A stretch of DNA of 45,211 nt from assembly GCA_022571885.1 (NCBI GenBank), contig JACZWZ010000004.1, forward strand, positions 1 through 45,211. The letters are read 5' to 3'. The DNA is from Acidobacteriota bacterium. GTDB taxonomy: Bacteria > Actinomycetota > Acidimicrobiia > Spongiisociales > UBA11373. Below the pieces are notes generated by a model. That model was not told the DNA's origin. It searched no databases and saw only the letters and a program-made list of their open reading frames with translations. A program made the position numbers and the translations under genes. Shown one piece after another: positions 30,139-40,853 of this stretch; the first letter of the stretch is position 1; every line of letters starts with the position of its first letter.

Positions 30139-31143
30139 TCAGCCGACCCCCTTCAACTCGAGCTCGTCGGCGCGATGACATGCAACCAGGGTGCTCCCCA
30201 ACAGCCTTGGGGCGGGCTTATCCGACCAGCAGCGGGCGATCACATACGGGCAACGATCGGCGAACCGGCAGCCCGGCTCGACTTCGAACAGATCGGGTGT
30301 CTCGCCTTCGATCGGCCGCAGACGGTCACCAGTAAGACTCGGCAGCGATCCGAGGAGACCGGAGGTGTAGGGGTGGAGCGGAGTGTGATAGACATCCACC
30401 ACCGGGCCGTTCTCCACGATCGAGCCCGCATAGACGACTGCTACCCGGTCGGCGACAGCTGCCACGACTCCCATGTCATGGGTGACCAGCAGCATCCCCA
30501 TTCCCCGTTTGGCGCGCATGTCGTTGATGAGGTCGAGCACTGCTCCCCCCACCGTGACGTCGAGTCCGGAGAGCGGCTCATCGGCGATCAGCATGCGCGG
30601 GGCGGATAGCAACGCCGATGCCAGCATCCCCCGCTGTGCCTGGCCCCTCGACACCTCGTGAGCGAACGCGGTGAAGTAATGGCGTTTCGACAGGCCCACC
30701 TCACCGAGCGCATCGAGAACCCGCTGCTGGACTTCCTCCTGAGTCAGATCGGTGTGCTCCAGCAGTGCCTCGCCTGACTGCGAGCCGATGAAGTCGAGCG
30801 GATCCCACGACCCGATGGCATCCTGGAGCAGGACTCCGATTCCCATCCCGACCAGCGAACGCCAGTCGGCATCGTCGAGGTCCTGCAACACGTGCCCCTC
30901 GAAGACCGTGGTCCCGGACACGACCCGTGCCGACGGGCCCAGTAGATCGACCGAAGCCATGGCCAGCAGGCTCTTGCCGGAGCCGGACTCGCCGACCAGC
31001 GCCACGGTCTCGCCCTGGTCGACCGCGATCGAAGCTCCCTCTATCACCACCCGCTCCTCCGGCTGCGCAGGCAGGCCGTCGAGGTCTGCGGGCGCGCGGG
31101 TGAGCGAGATCGTCATGTCTCGAATCGCGAACAGCGGAGCCAT
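30139..31143 (-). CDS. oligopeptide/dipeptide ABC ATP-binding protein (DppD/OppD-like)
   Basis: GESGSGKS, ADEP, THDMGVV, HPYTSGLL, C-terminal CRFADRCP...VACH. Confidence 0.9.
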   Translation of the reverse strand: MAPLFAIRDMTISLTRAPADLDGLPAQPEERVVIEGASIAVDQGETVALVGESGSGKSLLAMASVDLLGPSARVVSGTTVFEGHVLQDLDDADWRSLVGMGIGVLLQDAIGSWDPLDFIGSQSGEALLEHTDLTQEEVQQRVLDALGEVGLSKRHYFTAFAHEVSRGQAQRGMLASALLSAPRMLIADEPLSGLDVTVGGAVLDLINDMRAKRGMGMLLVTHDMGVVAAVADRVAVVYAGSIVENGPVVDVYHTPLHPYTSGLLGSLPSLTGDRLRPIEGETPDLFEVEPGCRFADRCPYVIARCWSDKPAPRLLGSTLVACHRADELELKGVG

Positions 31144-31207
31144 CCCCGGAGCGTACCGAGCGGTCTGAGGGAAGCATGCTGCCCGCTCCACACCATATCC
31201 TTTGCCC

Positions 31208-31987
31208 ATGCAACCCAACGTCGTGACGGTGACGTCGGAGAGCGGCGCCAGGAGGCACCCTCTCTTGTTTGTCCACGGCGCCTGGCACGGCGCCTGGTGC
31301 TGGGAGGACTACCAACGATGGTTCGCCGAGCGGGGGTGGGAGTCACACGCGGTGGACCTGCGGGGCCACGGCGGGAGTAGCAACGACCGGTCACTTCGGC
31401 TCACCAGGATCAAGCACTACCAGCAAGACGTCGAGAGGGTGATCGAGTCGCTCGAAACACCGCCGATCATCGTCGCACATTCGATGGGTGGTCTGATCGT
31501 CCAGCGCTACCTGGAAGACCATGAACTCCACGGGGCAGTGCTGCTCGCCCCCGTTCCCATCAGCGGCGCCTGGCGTGCCACCCTGCGAACGCTGCGCCGC
31601 CACCCGATCAAATTCCTCAAGGCCAACCTCATATGGGATCTCAAACCGCTGATCGAAAAGCGTGGGATAGCAGCCGACCTCTTGCTTCCCGACAATGCCA
31701 CCGATGACCAGGTCGACTGGATGTGGGCCAAGCTCCAGGGTGAGTCATACCTCGCCTATCTCGACATGCTCTTCTTCGTCAGATCGAGACCCCAACTGGT
31801 TCACACCCCGGTGGCGATCGTCGCCGGATCGGAGGATCGCATCTTCAGCGTGAAGGAAATCCGCAAGCTCGCCGGCGCCTACGGGGTGGAGCCGCAGGTG
31901 ATCGAAGGCGCCGCCCATGACCTGATGCTGGGACCGAAGTGGGAGGAGGCGGCGGAAGCCGTGGCTGAGGTGGTGGAGGGGTTCTGA
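31208..31987 (+). CDS. alpha/beta hydrolase
   Basis: FVHGAWHGAWCW, DLRGHG, AHSMGG, AHDLML. Confidence 0.92.
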   Translation: MQPNVVTVTSESGARRHPLLFVHGAWHGAWCWEDYQRWFAERGWESHAVDLRGHGGSSNDRSLRLTRIKHYQQDVERVIESLETPPIIVAHSMGGLIVQRYLEDHELHGAVLLAPVPISGAWRATLRTLRRHPIKFLKANLIWDLKPLIEKRGIAADLLLPDNATDDQVDWMWAKLQGESYLAYLDMLFFVRSRPQLVHTPVAIVAGSEDRIFSVKEIRKLAGAYGVEPQVIEGAAHDLMLGPKWEEAAEAVAEVVEGF

Positions 31988-31991
31988 GGAG

Positions 31992-32088
31992 AGGTGTTAG
32001 GTATCAGGTGTTAGGTATTAGGCAGAAGCTGTCCGTGGGCGCTGGCCTTCCTCTTCCTTATACCTTCTTACCTAACTCCTAACTCCTA
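31992..32088. repeat. inverted heptamer-repeat hairpin (AGGTRTT)n ... (AACTCCT)n
   Basis: AGGTGTT AGGTATC AGGTGTT AGGTATT ... TTACCT AACTCCT AACTCCT, between convergent genes. Confidence 0.75.
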
Positions 32089-33087
32089 GCCAAGCGCCGG
32101 AATCACGCTCTCCCCGTAGGCATCCAAAGTCGCTTCCTGTTGGTCGTGCATCAGGTAGATCGAGAACTGGTCGACACCGATATCGCGTAGCTCCTCCATC
32201 CGTGCGATGTGCTGGTCGACCGGGCCCAGAATGCAGAACCGATCGATCACCTCGTCGGGGACGAAGTCGGTGGATGGGTTGCCCGCCTTGCCGTGATGGT
32301 CGTAGTCATAACCCTCTCGTGTCTTGATGTAGTCGGACAGCGCGGTGGGGATCATCGACTCGTCGTCGCCGTAACGTTCGACCAGGTCGGCGACGTGGTT
32401 GCCGACCATCCCGCCGAACCAGCGAACCTGATCGCGCTGATGAGCGATGTCGTCGCCGACGTAGGCCGGAGCGGCCACGCAAATCTTGATGTCGTCGGGG
32501 TTGCGTCCAGCCTCTGTGGCTGCGCTCTTGACAAACTTGCTGGTCCACTCCACCAGGTACGGGTCGGCCAGTTGGAGAATGAAGCCGTCGCATTTCTGTC
32601 CGATCAGGGTCAGTGCTTTCGGGCCGTATCCGGCACCCCACATGGGGAGGTCGTAACCCTGCTCGATCCAGGGAATGGAGAGGGTCTTGTCGTTGAGTTC
32701 GACCTCATCGCCTCTCACCAGGGCCCGGATGACATCCATCGACGCCTCCATCGTGGCCAGGGTCTTCGGCTTCAGGCCGATGTAGCGCAACGCGGAATCG
32801 CCTCGTCCCATACCGCAAACCGTTCGGCCGCCCGACATCTCGTTCAGCGTGGCGAACAGAGACGCGATGACGGTCCAATCCCGAGTTCCCGGATTGGTGA
32901 CCATCGGCCCCACGATCATGTTCTGAGTAGCGGCCAGCATGCGCGAGAAGATGACGAACGGCTCCTGCCACAGGACGTGGGAGTCGAAGGTCCAGGCGTA
33001 GGTGAATCCATTCTGTTCGGCGCGCTCGGTCAGTTCGATGACCCGTGACGCCGGTGGGTCAGTCTGGAGAACGACTCCAAAATCCAT
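32086..33087 (-). CDS. LLM-class probable F420-dependent oxidoreductase (TIGR03842-like)
   Basis: MDFGVVLQTDPP, WTFDSHVLWQEP, GPMVTNPGTR, GRGDSA, WFGGMVGNHVAD. Confidence 0.88.
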   Translation of the reverse strand: MDFGVVLQTDPPASRVIELTERAEQNGFTYAWTFDSHVLWQEPFVIFSRMLAATQNMIVGPMVTNPGTRDWTVIASLFATLNEMSGGRTVCGMGRGDSALRYIGLKPKTLATMEASMDVIRALVRGDEVELNDKTLSIPWIEQGYDLPMWGAGYGPKALTLIGQKCDGFILQLADPYLVEWTSKFVKSAATEAGRNPDDIKICVAAPAYVGDDIAHQRDQVRWFGGMVGNHVADLVERYGDDESMIPTALSDYIKTREGYDYDHHGKAGNPSTDFVPDEVIDRFCILGPVDQHIARMEELRDIGVDQFSIYLMHDQQEATLDAYGESVIPALG

Positions 33088-33216
33088 GTCTCAGTGCCTC
33101 CTGGACGCAAACCAGAAGCGCTAGGTATAGCAAAAGGTGTAGCGCTGCGGTGGGATTTGGCGCTGGCGTATCCGACGAGATGGTCGGGCAGGCAGCAGGC
33201 GGTCGATCTCCCATCG

Positions 33217-33410
33217 CCCCCCACCAGCTCGCTTCGCTTGCTGACTCCCCCCAAAGGGGAGAGTGTTCAGAAAAGAACATCACTCCCCTCTGCGGGCTGC
33301 CGACAACTCTCCGCTCTGCGGGCTGCTGACAACTCTCCCCTCTGGGGGGAGTCAATCGGCGAAGCCGATTGGTGGGGGGCTGCTGACAATCTCAGCGCCG
33401 ACTCTCCCCC
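33217..33410. repeat. cluster of REP-like repeats (one inverted, two partial tandem, one direct)
   Basis: Inverted copy at 33217-33264, partial ~26-bp tandem units at 33281-33331, direct copy at 33332-33379 with inner hairpin ATCGGCGAAGCCGAT. Confidence 0.9.
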
Positions 33411-33529
33411 TAACGAACCGATGACTAGTCAAATCGTCCATGGCGCGAATAATCCTCGGGCCGCACCGCCCTCAGGCCGAAATACAACCTTGAGACCAGA
33501 AGTGTGTCCCCGACCACCAGGTATCCACT

Positions 33530-33637
33530 ATGAGTAACTCGACCGGCCGGCGCGTCAGAGTCATCGCCGCTCTGATTTCAGTATTTGCTGCCGCCCTGCT
33601 GGCCTTCCAGAGCACCGGAGCCTCTGCGCGGTGGTGA
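33530..33637 (+). pseudogene. signal-peptide-only remnant of a secreted protein gene
   Basis: MSNSTGRRVRVIAALISVFAAALLAFQSTGASARW*. Its upstream region is homologous to that upstream of the SipW gene. Confidence 0.6.
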
Positions 33638-35273
33638 AGTCACCTTCCAGGGCGACGGACGCAAGCATGTTGTCGACCGGGGCGTAGTCGTCGGTGAGCA
33701 CGATGTCCTGGCCGGAGTCGAGCCAGGCCTCGAATGTGTCCAGCGGTATGAAGTTGCTGACGGTTTCTCCCCGTCCCGCCGCGAGGTTGGCCTCATCGAG
33801 ATCGTCGAGCGAGAGGGGACGTGAAGAAGCGACCAGCACGTGGGTACTGCGGCTGTCGTCCTCCCAGTTGGCGTCCTCCCGGAGGACGTATACGTAGGAG
33901 AAGGTTTCTCCGAGCGTGTTCGCAAAGGCTCTGGCGAAGCTGCCGCTGTGGAACTTGTCGATCACGTTGATCGCGTAGATCCCATCCTCGGTCAAGAGCT
34001 CCTGGATCTGCTCGATGAATTCCAGGGTGGTCAGGTGGTACGGCACCGAAACACTGTTGAAGGCATCTCCGATGACTAGGTCGTACTTACCCGTCGCAAG
34101 CTGTGGCACCGCCATGCGGGCGTCCTGGTGGAAGATCGAGATGCGGGTGTCCGGCCGCAACCCTAAGTAGTCGAAGGCCACCTGGGTGACTTCGGGGTCG
34201 ATTTCGATGACCTCCAACACGCTCTGCGGGTACACCTCCTCGAGGTACTTCGGCAGGGTGTAGCCCCCTCCGCCCACGAAAAGGGCTCGAAAGCTCCCGT
34301 CTCGTTCGCCGATCACGGTTGCCAGGTCGGCCAACACCTGTTGGTAGCGGTTAATGAGGACTGTGGGGTCATTGGGAGCGATATAGCTGTGGACCAATCC
34401 GTCCAATTCGAGGACTTTCACTGCCCGGCCATCTTCGATGGCGTCAAATACCCGGATGCAGAAGTAGCTGCTCTCGCGCAGGCATTCGGATTCGAGATCT
34501 CCATTGGCGTAGGTGAACCCGGCCAGCACCACGAAAAGGCCGAGTGGGGCCACGCCGCTGATGCGGGCCTGCCACAGGTCTCCGAATGCCAGGGCCATCG
34601 CCACCAACACAACGGCGACGATTGTCAGTGTCAACCTGCTACCGACCCTCTGGATGAGTACGAAACCGGTTATGAAAGTTCCAAAGATGGCCCCGGCGTT
34701 GGAGACGGCGAAGATCTTTCCAACCACGTTCCCGGTGCTGGCCAGGTCCCGCAGTCGGAGCTTGATGACCACTGGCGTCACCATTCCGAGGATCAAGCTG
34801 GGCAGGAAGAACAGTGAGGCCGTCAGGAAGACGATCCGTGCCACCAGCGGGAGGCCGGCGAAGACACTCGAGGCAACTCCGACCAGCGGGAGCACGCTCA
34901 AGCTGCTCAGACCACCGGCAAGCAGGATAAGGCCCAGTGTCCGCTGCTGCGGGAACCGGTCGGCAGCCATGCCGCCCAGATAGGCACCGATGCTGATGCC
35001 CGCTAGCACCACTCCGATGATGCTGGTCCATGTGTAGATAGAGACACCGATATCCGGGGCCAGAATCCGCCCGGCGACTATCTCGATGACCAGGGTGCTG
35101 GCGCTCGCCGTAAACACGATGATGCAGGCGATCAAGGAGGCCGCAGCTTTCTGCGGCGTGGCCTCCAGTGACTCCCGGGTCTTCGGCGGTTGGTCCCGAC
35201 GTGTCGCCTGACCGTCAGCCCTACCGCTGCCTTTTCTCCTCGGCGCCCCTCTGCGGCCCCTGGCGGTGGCCAT
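33561..35273 (-). CDS. fused MFS/spermidine synthase family protein
   Basis: N-terminal TMs (EIVAGRILAP, GAIFGTF), VGGGGYTLP, EIDPEV, DARM, DLVIGDAF, VPYHLTTLEF, LTDDYAPVD. The last ~25 aa are probably read-through. Confidence 0.9.
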   Translation of the reverse strand: MATARGRRGAPRRKGSGRADGQATRRDQPPKTRESLEATPQKAAASLIACIIVFTASASTLVIEIVAGRILAPDIGVSIYTWTSIIGVVLAGISIGAYLGGMAADRFPQQRTLGLILLAGGLSSLSVLPLVGVASSVFAGLPLVARIVFLTASLFFLPSLILGMVTPVVIKLRLRDLASTGNVVGKIFAVSNAGAIFGTFITGFVLIQRVGSRLTLTIVAVVLVAMALAFGDLWQARISGVAPLGLFVVLAGFTYANGDLESECLRESSYFCIRVFDAIEDGRAVKVLELDGLVHSYIAPNDPTVLINRYQQVLADLATVIGERDGSFRALFVGGGGYTLPKYLEEVYPQSVLEVIEIDPEVTQVAFDYLGLRPDTRISIFHQDARMAVPQLATGKYDLVIGDAFNSVSVPYHLTTLEFIEQIQELLTEDGIYAINVIDKFHSGSFARAFANTLGETFSYVYVLREDANWEDDSRSTHVLVASSRPLSLDDLDEANLAAGRGETVSNFIPLDTFEAWLDSGQDIVLTDDYAPVDNMLASVALEGDFTTAQRLRCSGRPAGRQQILKSERR

Positions 35274-35352
35274 CGGATAACCACCCCTCGACTGTGCGTT
35301 CTGGCTAGCTCACGGACTGAACGATCAACGCACCACGGCTCTGTTTTCTAAC

Positions 35353-35400
35353 ACTCTCCCCTCTGGGGGGAGTCAGCAAGCAAAGCGAGCTGGTGGGGGG
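35353..35400 (+). repeat. REP-like repeat upstream of the DUF559 gene
   Basis: ACTCTCCCCTCTGGGGGGAGTCAGCAAGCAAAGCGAGCTGGTGGGGGG. Confidence 0.9.
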
Positions 35401-35436
35401 ATTGACTCGCACTCCGAGACCAGATACTCGTATCGG

Positions 35437-35790
35437 GTGCCCCAGCACCCGATACCAAAGTGGCAGCGCACCTTCGCCAGACGGATGCGTCACGATTCGA
35501 CTGATGCTGAGGCGCTGCTGTGGTGGTCGCTGCGCAACAGGGAACTCGGTGTCACTTTCGGCGTCAGCATCCGATCGGCAGATACATCGCCGACTTCGCT
35601 TGTCTTGAACATCACCTGATCGTCGAAGCTGACGGCTCCCAGCATGGTGGACCCTTTGACGAGGAGCGTGACTCCTATCTGCGTTCTGTCGGCTCTACGG
35701 TGGTACGGGTCTGGAGCTGGGATGTGATCCGCGATCTCGACGGTGTGCTCGACGAAATAGCCGAAGCGCTCGATCGGCTCCGAGCGGCGT
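35437..35790 (+). pseudogene. DUF559 (Vsr-like) endonuclease, split by a 1-nt frameshift near 35548-35558
   Basis: First frame FARRMRHDSTDAEALLWWSLRNRELG; second frame FRRQHPIGRYIADFACLEHHLIVEADGSQH...ERDSYLRSVGSTVVRVW..DV..DLDGVLDEI. No stop before the downstream repeats. Confidence 0.88.
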
Positions 35791-35961
35791 CCCCCCCCAC
35801 GCAGGCGCCCCCCACCACGCAAGCGCCCCCCAAAGGGTGGAGTTATCAGACACACGCCGTCCACCAGGGGAGAGTTGTCAGGCAAACGCCCCCCACCAAA
35901 CACCTGCGGCGTTTGACTCCCCCCAAAGGGGAGAGTTGTAAGAAACCCCCCACCAAACGCC

Positions 35962-35969
<8 letters not shown>
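35791..35969 (-). repeat. inverted REP-like copies (one complete, several partial) downstream of DUF559
   Basis: Complete copy ~35889-35938 (CCCCCCACCAAACACCTGCGGCGTTTGACTCCCCCCAAAGGGGAGAGT); partials at ~35826-35843, 35862-35880 and 35946-35969. Confidence 0.85.
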
Positions 35970-36610
<641 letters not shown>

Positions 36611-36831
36611 CCGCATTGCGGTGGACAGGCTTCCAATGAGGCCAACCCATGGCCACCAGACCGGTGCCGGCAGCAACGGACAGACAGATCATTTCCAAGG
36701 CATCCCCAACAGGAGCCGGTCACCAAGAGAGTCACGACCGCTGCCACCAACCACCAGTCTGTCGATCAGCCAAACCAACCGGCGAACCCGATCCTCACAG
36801 TCAAGCCTTCGAGGACAGATGACCGGTCTTG

Positions 36832-36989
36832 CTAGAAGCTCTCAATTGCCACGCTGACCGCTGCGCCGCCTCTTCCCAACGCGGTCCCATCATCAGGTTG
36901 TGGGCGGCGCCGTCGACCACCTGCAGCTCGACCCCGTAGGCGCCGGCGAGCTTGCGGACTTCCTCCACACTGAAGATGCGATCCTCCGA
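36832..36989 (-). pseudogene. C-terminal fragment copy of the 31208-31987 hydrolase
   Basis: SEDRIFSVEEVRKLAGAYGVELQVVDGAAHNLMMGPRWEEAA versus SEDRIFSVKEIRKLAGAYGVEPQVIEGAAHDLMLGPKWEEAA; frameshift near the end. Confidence 0.88.
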
Positions 36990-36996
36990 CCGGGGG

Positions 36997-38005
36997 ATGG
37001 CTCCGCTGTTCGAGATTCGAGACATGACGATCTCGCTCACCCGCGTGCCCTCGGTGTCCGGCGACGTGCCGGGGGAACCGGAGGAGCGGGTGGTGATAGA
37101 TGGAGCCTCGATCACAGTCGACCAGGGTGAGGCCGTGGCACTGGTCGGCGAGTCCGGATCCGGAAAGATCCTGCTCGTCATGGCTTCGGTTGATCTACTC
37201 AACCCCTCGGCACGGGTGATGTCCGGGACGACGGTCTTCGAGGGTCACGTGCTGCAGGAGCTGGATGACCCTGATTTGGCGATCGCTCGTCGGCATGGGC
37301 ATCGGAGTCCTGCTCCAGGATGCCATCGGGTCGTAGGACCCTCTCGACTTCATCGGGTTGCAGTCCGGTGAAGCGCTGCTGGAGCACACCGATCTGACTC
37401 AGGAGGAAGTCCAGCAACGGGTCCTCGATGCGCTCGGCGAGGTAGGCCTATCCGAACGCCGTCACTTCACCGCCTTCGCCCACGAAGTGTCCAGGGGTCA
37501 GGCGCAGCGGGGCATGCTCGCATCGACGCTGCTGTCCGCCCCGAGCATGCTCATCGCCGACGAGCAGCTCTCCGGACTCGACGTCACCGTGGGGAGAGCA
37601 GTCCTCGACCTGATCGACGACATGCGCATCAACCGGGGGATGGGAAATGCTGCTCGTCACCCATGACATGGGAGTCGTGGCATCGGTGGCCGATCGGGTG
37701 GCGGTGGTCTATGCGGGTTCGATTGTGGAGGACGGCCCGGTGGTGGATGTCTATCACCGTCCACTCCACCCCTACACCTCCGGTCTGCTCGGATCACTGC
37801 CGAGTCTGACTCGTGGCCGGCTGCGGCCGATCGAAGGCGAGACACCCGATCTCTTCGAAGTAGTGCCCGGATGCCGGTTCGCCGAACGTTGCCCATTCGT
37901 GATCGAAAGGTGACGAGCCGAGAAGCCCGAACCCCGTCGCATTGGGGACACGCAGGTGGCGTGCCATTTGGCCGACGAGCTGGAGCTGGGTGGGTTCGGA
38001 GCTGG
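36997..38005 (+). pseudogene. pseudogenised paralog of the 30139-31143 DppD-like ATPase
   Basis: Collinear with the intact gene. Lesions: Walker A GSGKS>GSGKI, frameshifts at ~37278 and ~37646, TAG at 37334, TGA at 37911. Confidence 0.9.
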
Positions 38006-38060
38006 GAGTCATTCAGAAGTCAGAAATCGGAAGTCCGAAGTCCAACCCTCTTCCTAGCGC

Positions 38061-38557
38061 CTAATCCCTTCCTCCCCCAGTCACGACCGCGATCTGTGCT
38101 CCCTCTACTGGGATCGATGCGACTAGCGGGTCGTACACCGCCCAGGTGATCTGAAGATCTAGCCTCGCCGTTAGTCCGGCGTCGGCGATCAGGTTCTCCG
38201 GTGACGGGGTGTCAAACGCGACGAGACCGAAGGTTCCCAGCACCGGGGAGACGATCGAGGGGTGAGAGAAGTTGAACCCGGATACCTGCGCCCTGGTCAT
38301 CATCACGGTCGAGTCGTCCGTGTCCCACTCCAGAGTGGGACTGGGGAGAGGGCGGCGTTGGCGAGAGACTCACCTTCGACCCCCGACAACGAGCCCCCAC
38401 CGATGCCGAGCGTGAACCCGGTGATCGTAAATCTCACGCCAGCATCGAGGTCGAATGAGGCCGCTTGGAGAACCACGTCGATCTCGACGTCATCGGGTGG
38501 GAGCGTGACCGGCTCCAACGAGCGAGCCGTGATCACATTGGTGAGCCGCGAGGACAA
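38061..38557 (-). pseudogene. probable frameshifted hypothetical gene fragment
   Basis: Two consecutive coding-like ORFs (38303-38557 and 38061-38306) joinable by a shift near 38340; no family recognised. Confidence 0.4.
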
Positions 38558-38605
38558 ATAGCAGTCAACATTCCACAGAGGGTCTCGGCTCAGCCGCGGT
38601 GAGTG

Positions 38606-39118
38606 CTACTTGGTGGGGAGAGCGCTGAGGCGCCGCCACCGTTCGACGGCCTCGTCGACCCGATGGCGGATGGTTTCGGGCAGAGGATCGATATGGACGG
38701 ACTCAGCGTCCAGCTCTCGCCCGCAATTCGAGCACGAGGCGACCGACTGCACGCCCTCTCGGCCGCAGGCGTGGTGGACCAAGGAACGGGGGGGTTCTCC
38801 GTCGAAAGCCCAGGTGTCTCCCCAATGCATCAGCGCCGCCAGCACAGGGAAGAAAGCACGGCCCTTGTCGGTGAGCAGGTATTCGTATCGATCCGGCTGC
38901 TCCTGATACAGCTGCCTGGTCATCACCCCGTGCGCCACCAGCTGGCGCAGGCGATTGCTAAGGATGTTGCGGGCGATTCCGAGATCGGTCTGAAAGTCGA
39001 CGAAACGGGTGAGGCCGTAGAGGGCGTCCCGCAAGATGAGCAGAGTCCACCGTTCGCCGATCACCTCCGTGGCGCGTGCCACCGAACAATCGAATTGTGA
39101 TAGATCCATACGGGTCAT
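38606..39118 (-). CDS. HxlR-family winged-helix transcriptional regulator
   Basis: CSVARATEVIGERWTLLILRD, RFVDFQTDLGIARNILSNRL, EYLLTDKGR, WGD; C-terminal H.ACG...CSNCG. Confidence 0.92.
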   Translation of the reverse strand: MTRMDLSQFDCSVARATEVIGERWTLLILRDALYGLTRFVDFQTDLGIARNILSNRLRQLVAHGVMTRQLYQEQPDRYEYLLTDKGRAFFPVLAALMHWGDTWAFDGEPPRSLVHHACGREGVQSVASCSNCGRELDAESVHIDPLPETIRHRVDEAVERWRRLSALPTK

Positions 39119-39731
39119 GAGGTATCGATCGGAAACTTAGCACCGAACGTTGAGCCAATAGATCCTTTCGGGCCATGAGGTCTGGCCTGGGGTTGGGGCC
39201 CCAGGCCAGACGGCGAAGAGCCATGGGATAGCGCCAGAGCGTCCGCTTATTGGCGGACGCTCTCAGCACCGAACGCCGAAGCGACGAGTGGGTTGCAGTT
39301 TGCAACCTTCGGTGCGATGTCGAAGAGTTTCGCTCTGCAACCGGATACGTTTCGCTCTGCAACCGACCACGGTGATCGTGGTCGGTTTTTGTGCGTGTCA
39401 AATGGTGGCACCCGCAGAGCAATCCGATCGAACGCTTCATCGAGATCGTCGGGTTGGAGGAGAAGGCCGTCGGCCGCGTCGAGCGTGGCCGTCGTCGGCT
39501 CCGCCACCGCCTGAAGGTGAGTCGTCCCTGAGCGATGACTAGTCAATTTGTGCGGAGGCAAATCCCATTGAGCGATAGGGGTTTTCGGCCGAAACAACCT
39601 TGAGACCAGGACATGCATTAAAAGGACCCAGGAATACCCATGGTGAGTGATTCGACCGACCGGTGCGCCCACGCCGAAATGGTCACCGTGAGCTGTGTCT
39701 GGAAAGCCCAGAAGACCAAGAGAAACACGGC

Positions 39732-40853
39732 ATGACCATCACCACCCCGGATCTGACGAGCGACCAGGAAAGGCCCGACGACGGGTTCTCGCTGCTCGCC
39801 GATCCGTGGACCGATGAGTGGGCGCTCCCCACCAAGCAAGAGCTCGTCGCGGTCGGCTGGCCCGGGGCGAGACCGGACCAACCGGACGACTCCGCAATCC
39901 TCGAATTGGTGCCCGATCCGGTGGGCGACGAACAGCTCCTCGAGTTGGTCACCGACATGCCGGCCGCCGACCAACTCGAGCAATCCTCCGTTGCCCTCGT
40001 CGAGAATGTAGCCCTCAAGCCAGACGAACCGGCAGCAGAGCCATCGCAACCGATTTCTCTCCACTCCGTCGAGACGGCACCCACCCCACAGATCGCCGAC
40101 CCCGACCTCGCGACCGAGCCCGTGGCCCCCGAACTCGACGGGTCCCCAGAAGAGCCCGAAGCGGTGATCGACCTCACCGAGCCCAAGCAGAAGAAAAGCC
40201 GCCGACCCAAGCGGACCCGCGCCCGCTGGAACCGCACGCCCAAGCGGACCCGCCGGCATCTCAACAGCCGTCGCCGTCTCAGACTGGTGATCGCCACAGT
40301 GGCCACCGCCTACTGGTACTTCGCGGCGGCCACTCTGGCCATCACCATCCTGGTCCCCTCGGCCGCGGGTTGGACCACAACCACGGTGATGAGCAACTCG
40401 ATGGGGCCCACCGTCTCGGCGGGCGACGTGGTGGCCTTCTCCGCATACGACGGATCACAGCTGGCACAGGGCACGATCATCCTGTTCGACGATCCGACCC
40501 GGGAGAACTCTTCGCTCATGCACCGGGTCGTGGCGCTGAACCCGGACGGCACCTATGAGACCAAGGGCGACGCCAACCAGGGATCCGACAGCACCCAGGT
40601 GCCGGTGGAGTCCATCGTCGCCGTGGCCCGCATGATCTCTCCATACGGCGGGCTTCCCCACTTCTGGCTCAATACCGGTCAGTACGTGTGGCTGGCGGCG
40701 TGGATCCTGTTCACCGCGGCGGCGGCGATGCTGATGAGCCCGGGCCGCGACCCCGAAGAGCCGAGCGCCCAACCGATCCCTGAGGGTGAGACGCCACCCG
40801 TCCGGCAGCGCCCGATCAGGCGCGCTTCCACCTACCTGGCATCCAAAGAATGA
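39732..40853 (+). CDS. SipW-type (S26, Ser/His) signal peptidase I with long acidic N-terminal extension
   Basis: VMSNSMGP (catalytic Ser), MHRVV (His instead of Lys), TKGDAN, flanking TM helices. Confidence 0.88.
   Translation: MTITTPDLTSDQERPDDGFSLLADPWTDEWALPTKQELVAVGWPGARPDQPDDSAILELVPDPVGDEQLLELVTDMPAADQLEQSSVALVENVALKPDEPAAEPSQPISLHSVETAPTPQIADPDLATEPVAPELDGSPEEPEAVIDLTEPKQKKSRRPKRTRARWNRTPKRTRRHLNSRRRLRLVIATVATAYWYFAAATLAITILVPSAAGWTTTTVMSNSMGPTVSAGDVVAFSAYDGSQLAQGTIILFDDPTRENSSLMHRVVALNPDGTYETKGDANQGSDSTQVPVESIVAVARMISPYGGLPHFWLNTGQYVWLAAWILFTAAAAMLMSPGRDPEEPSAQPIPEGETPPVRQRPIRRASTYLASKE

Noticed and set aside
35545-35560. Programmed -1 frameshift in DUF559
   Set aside because: No canonical slippery heptamer is present. 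A single-base deletion or sequencing error is simpler.
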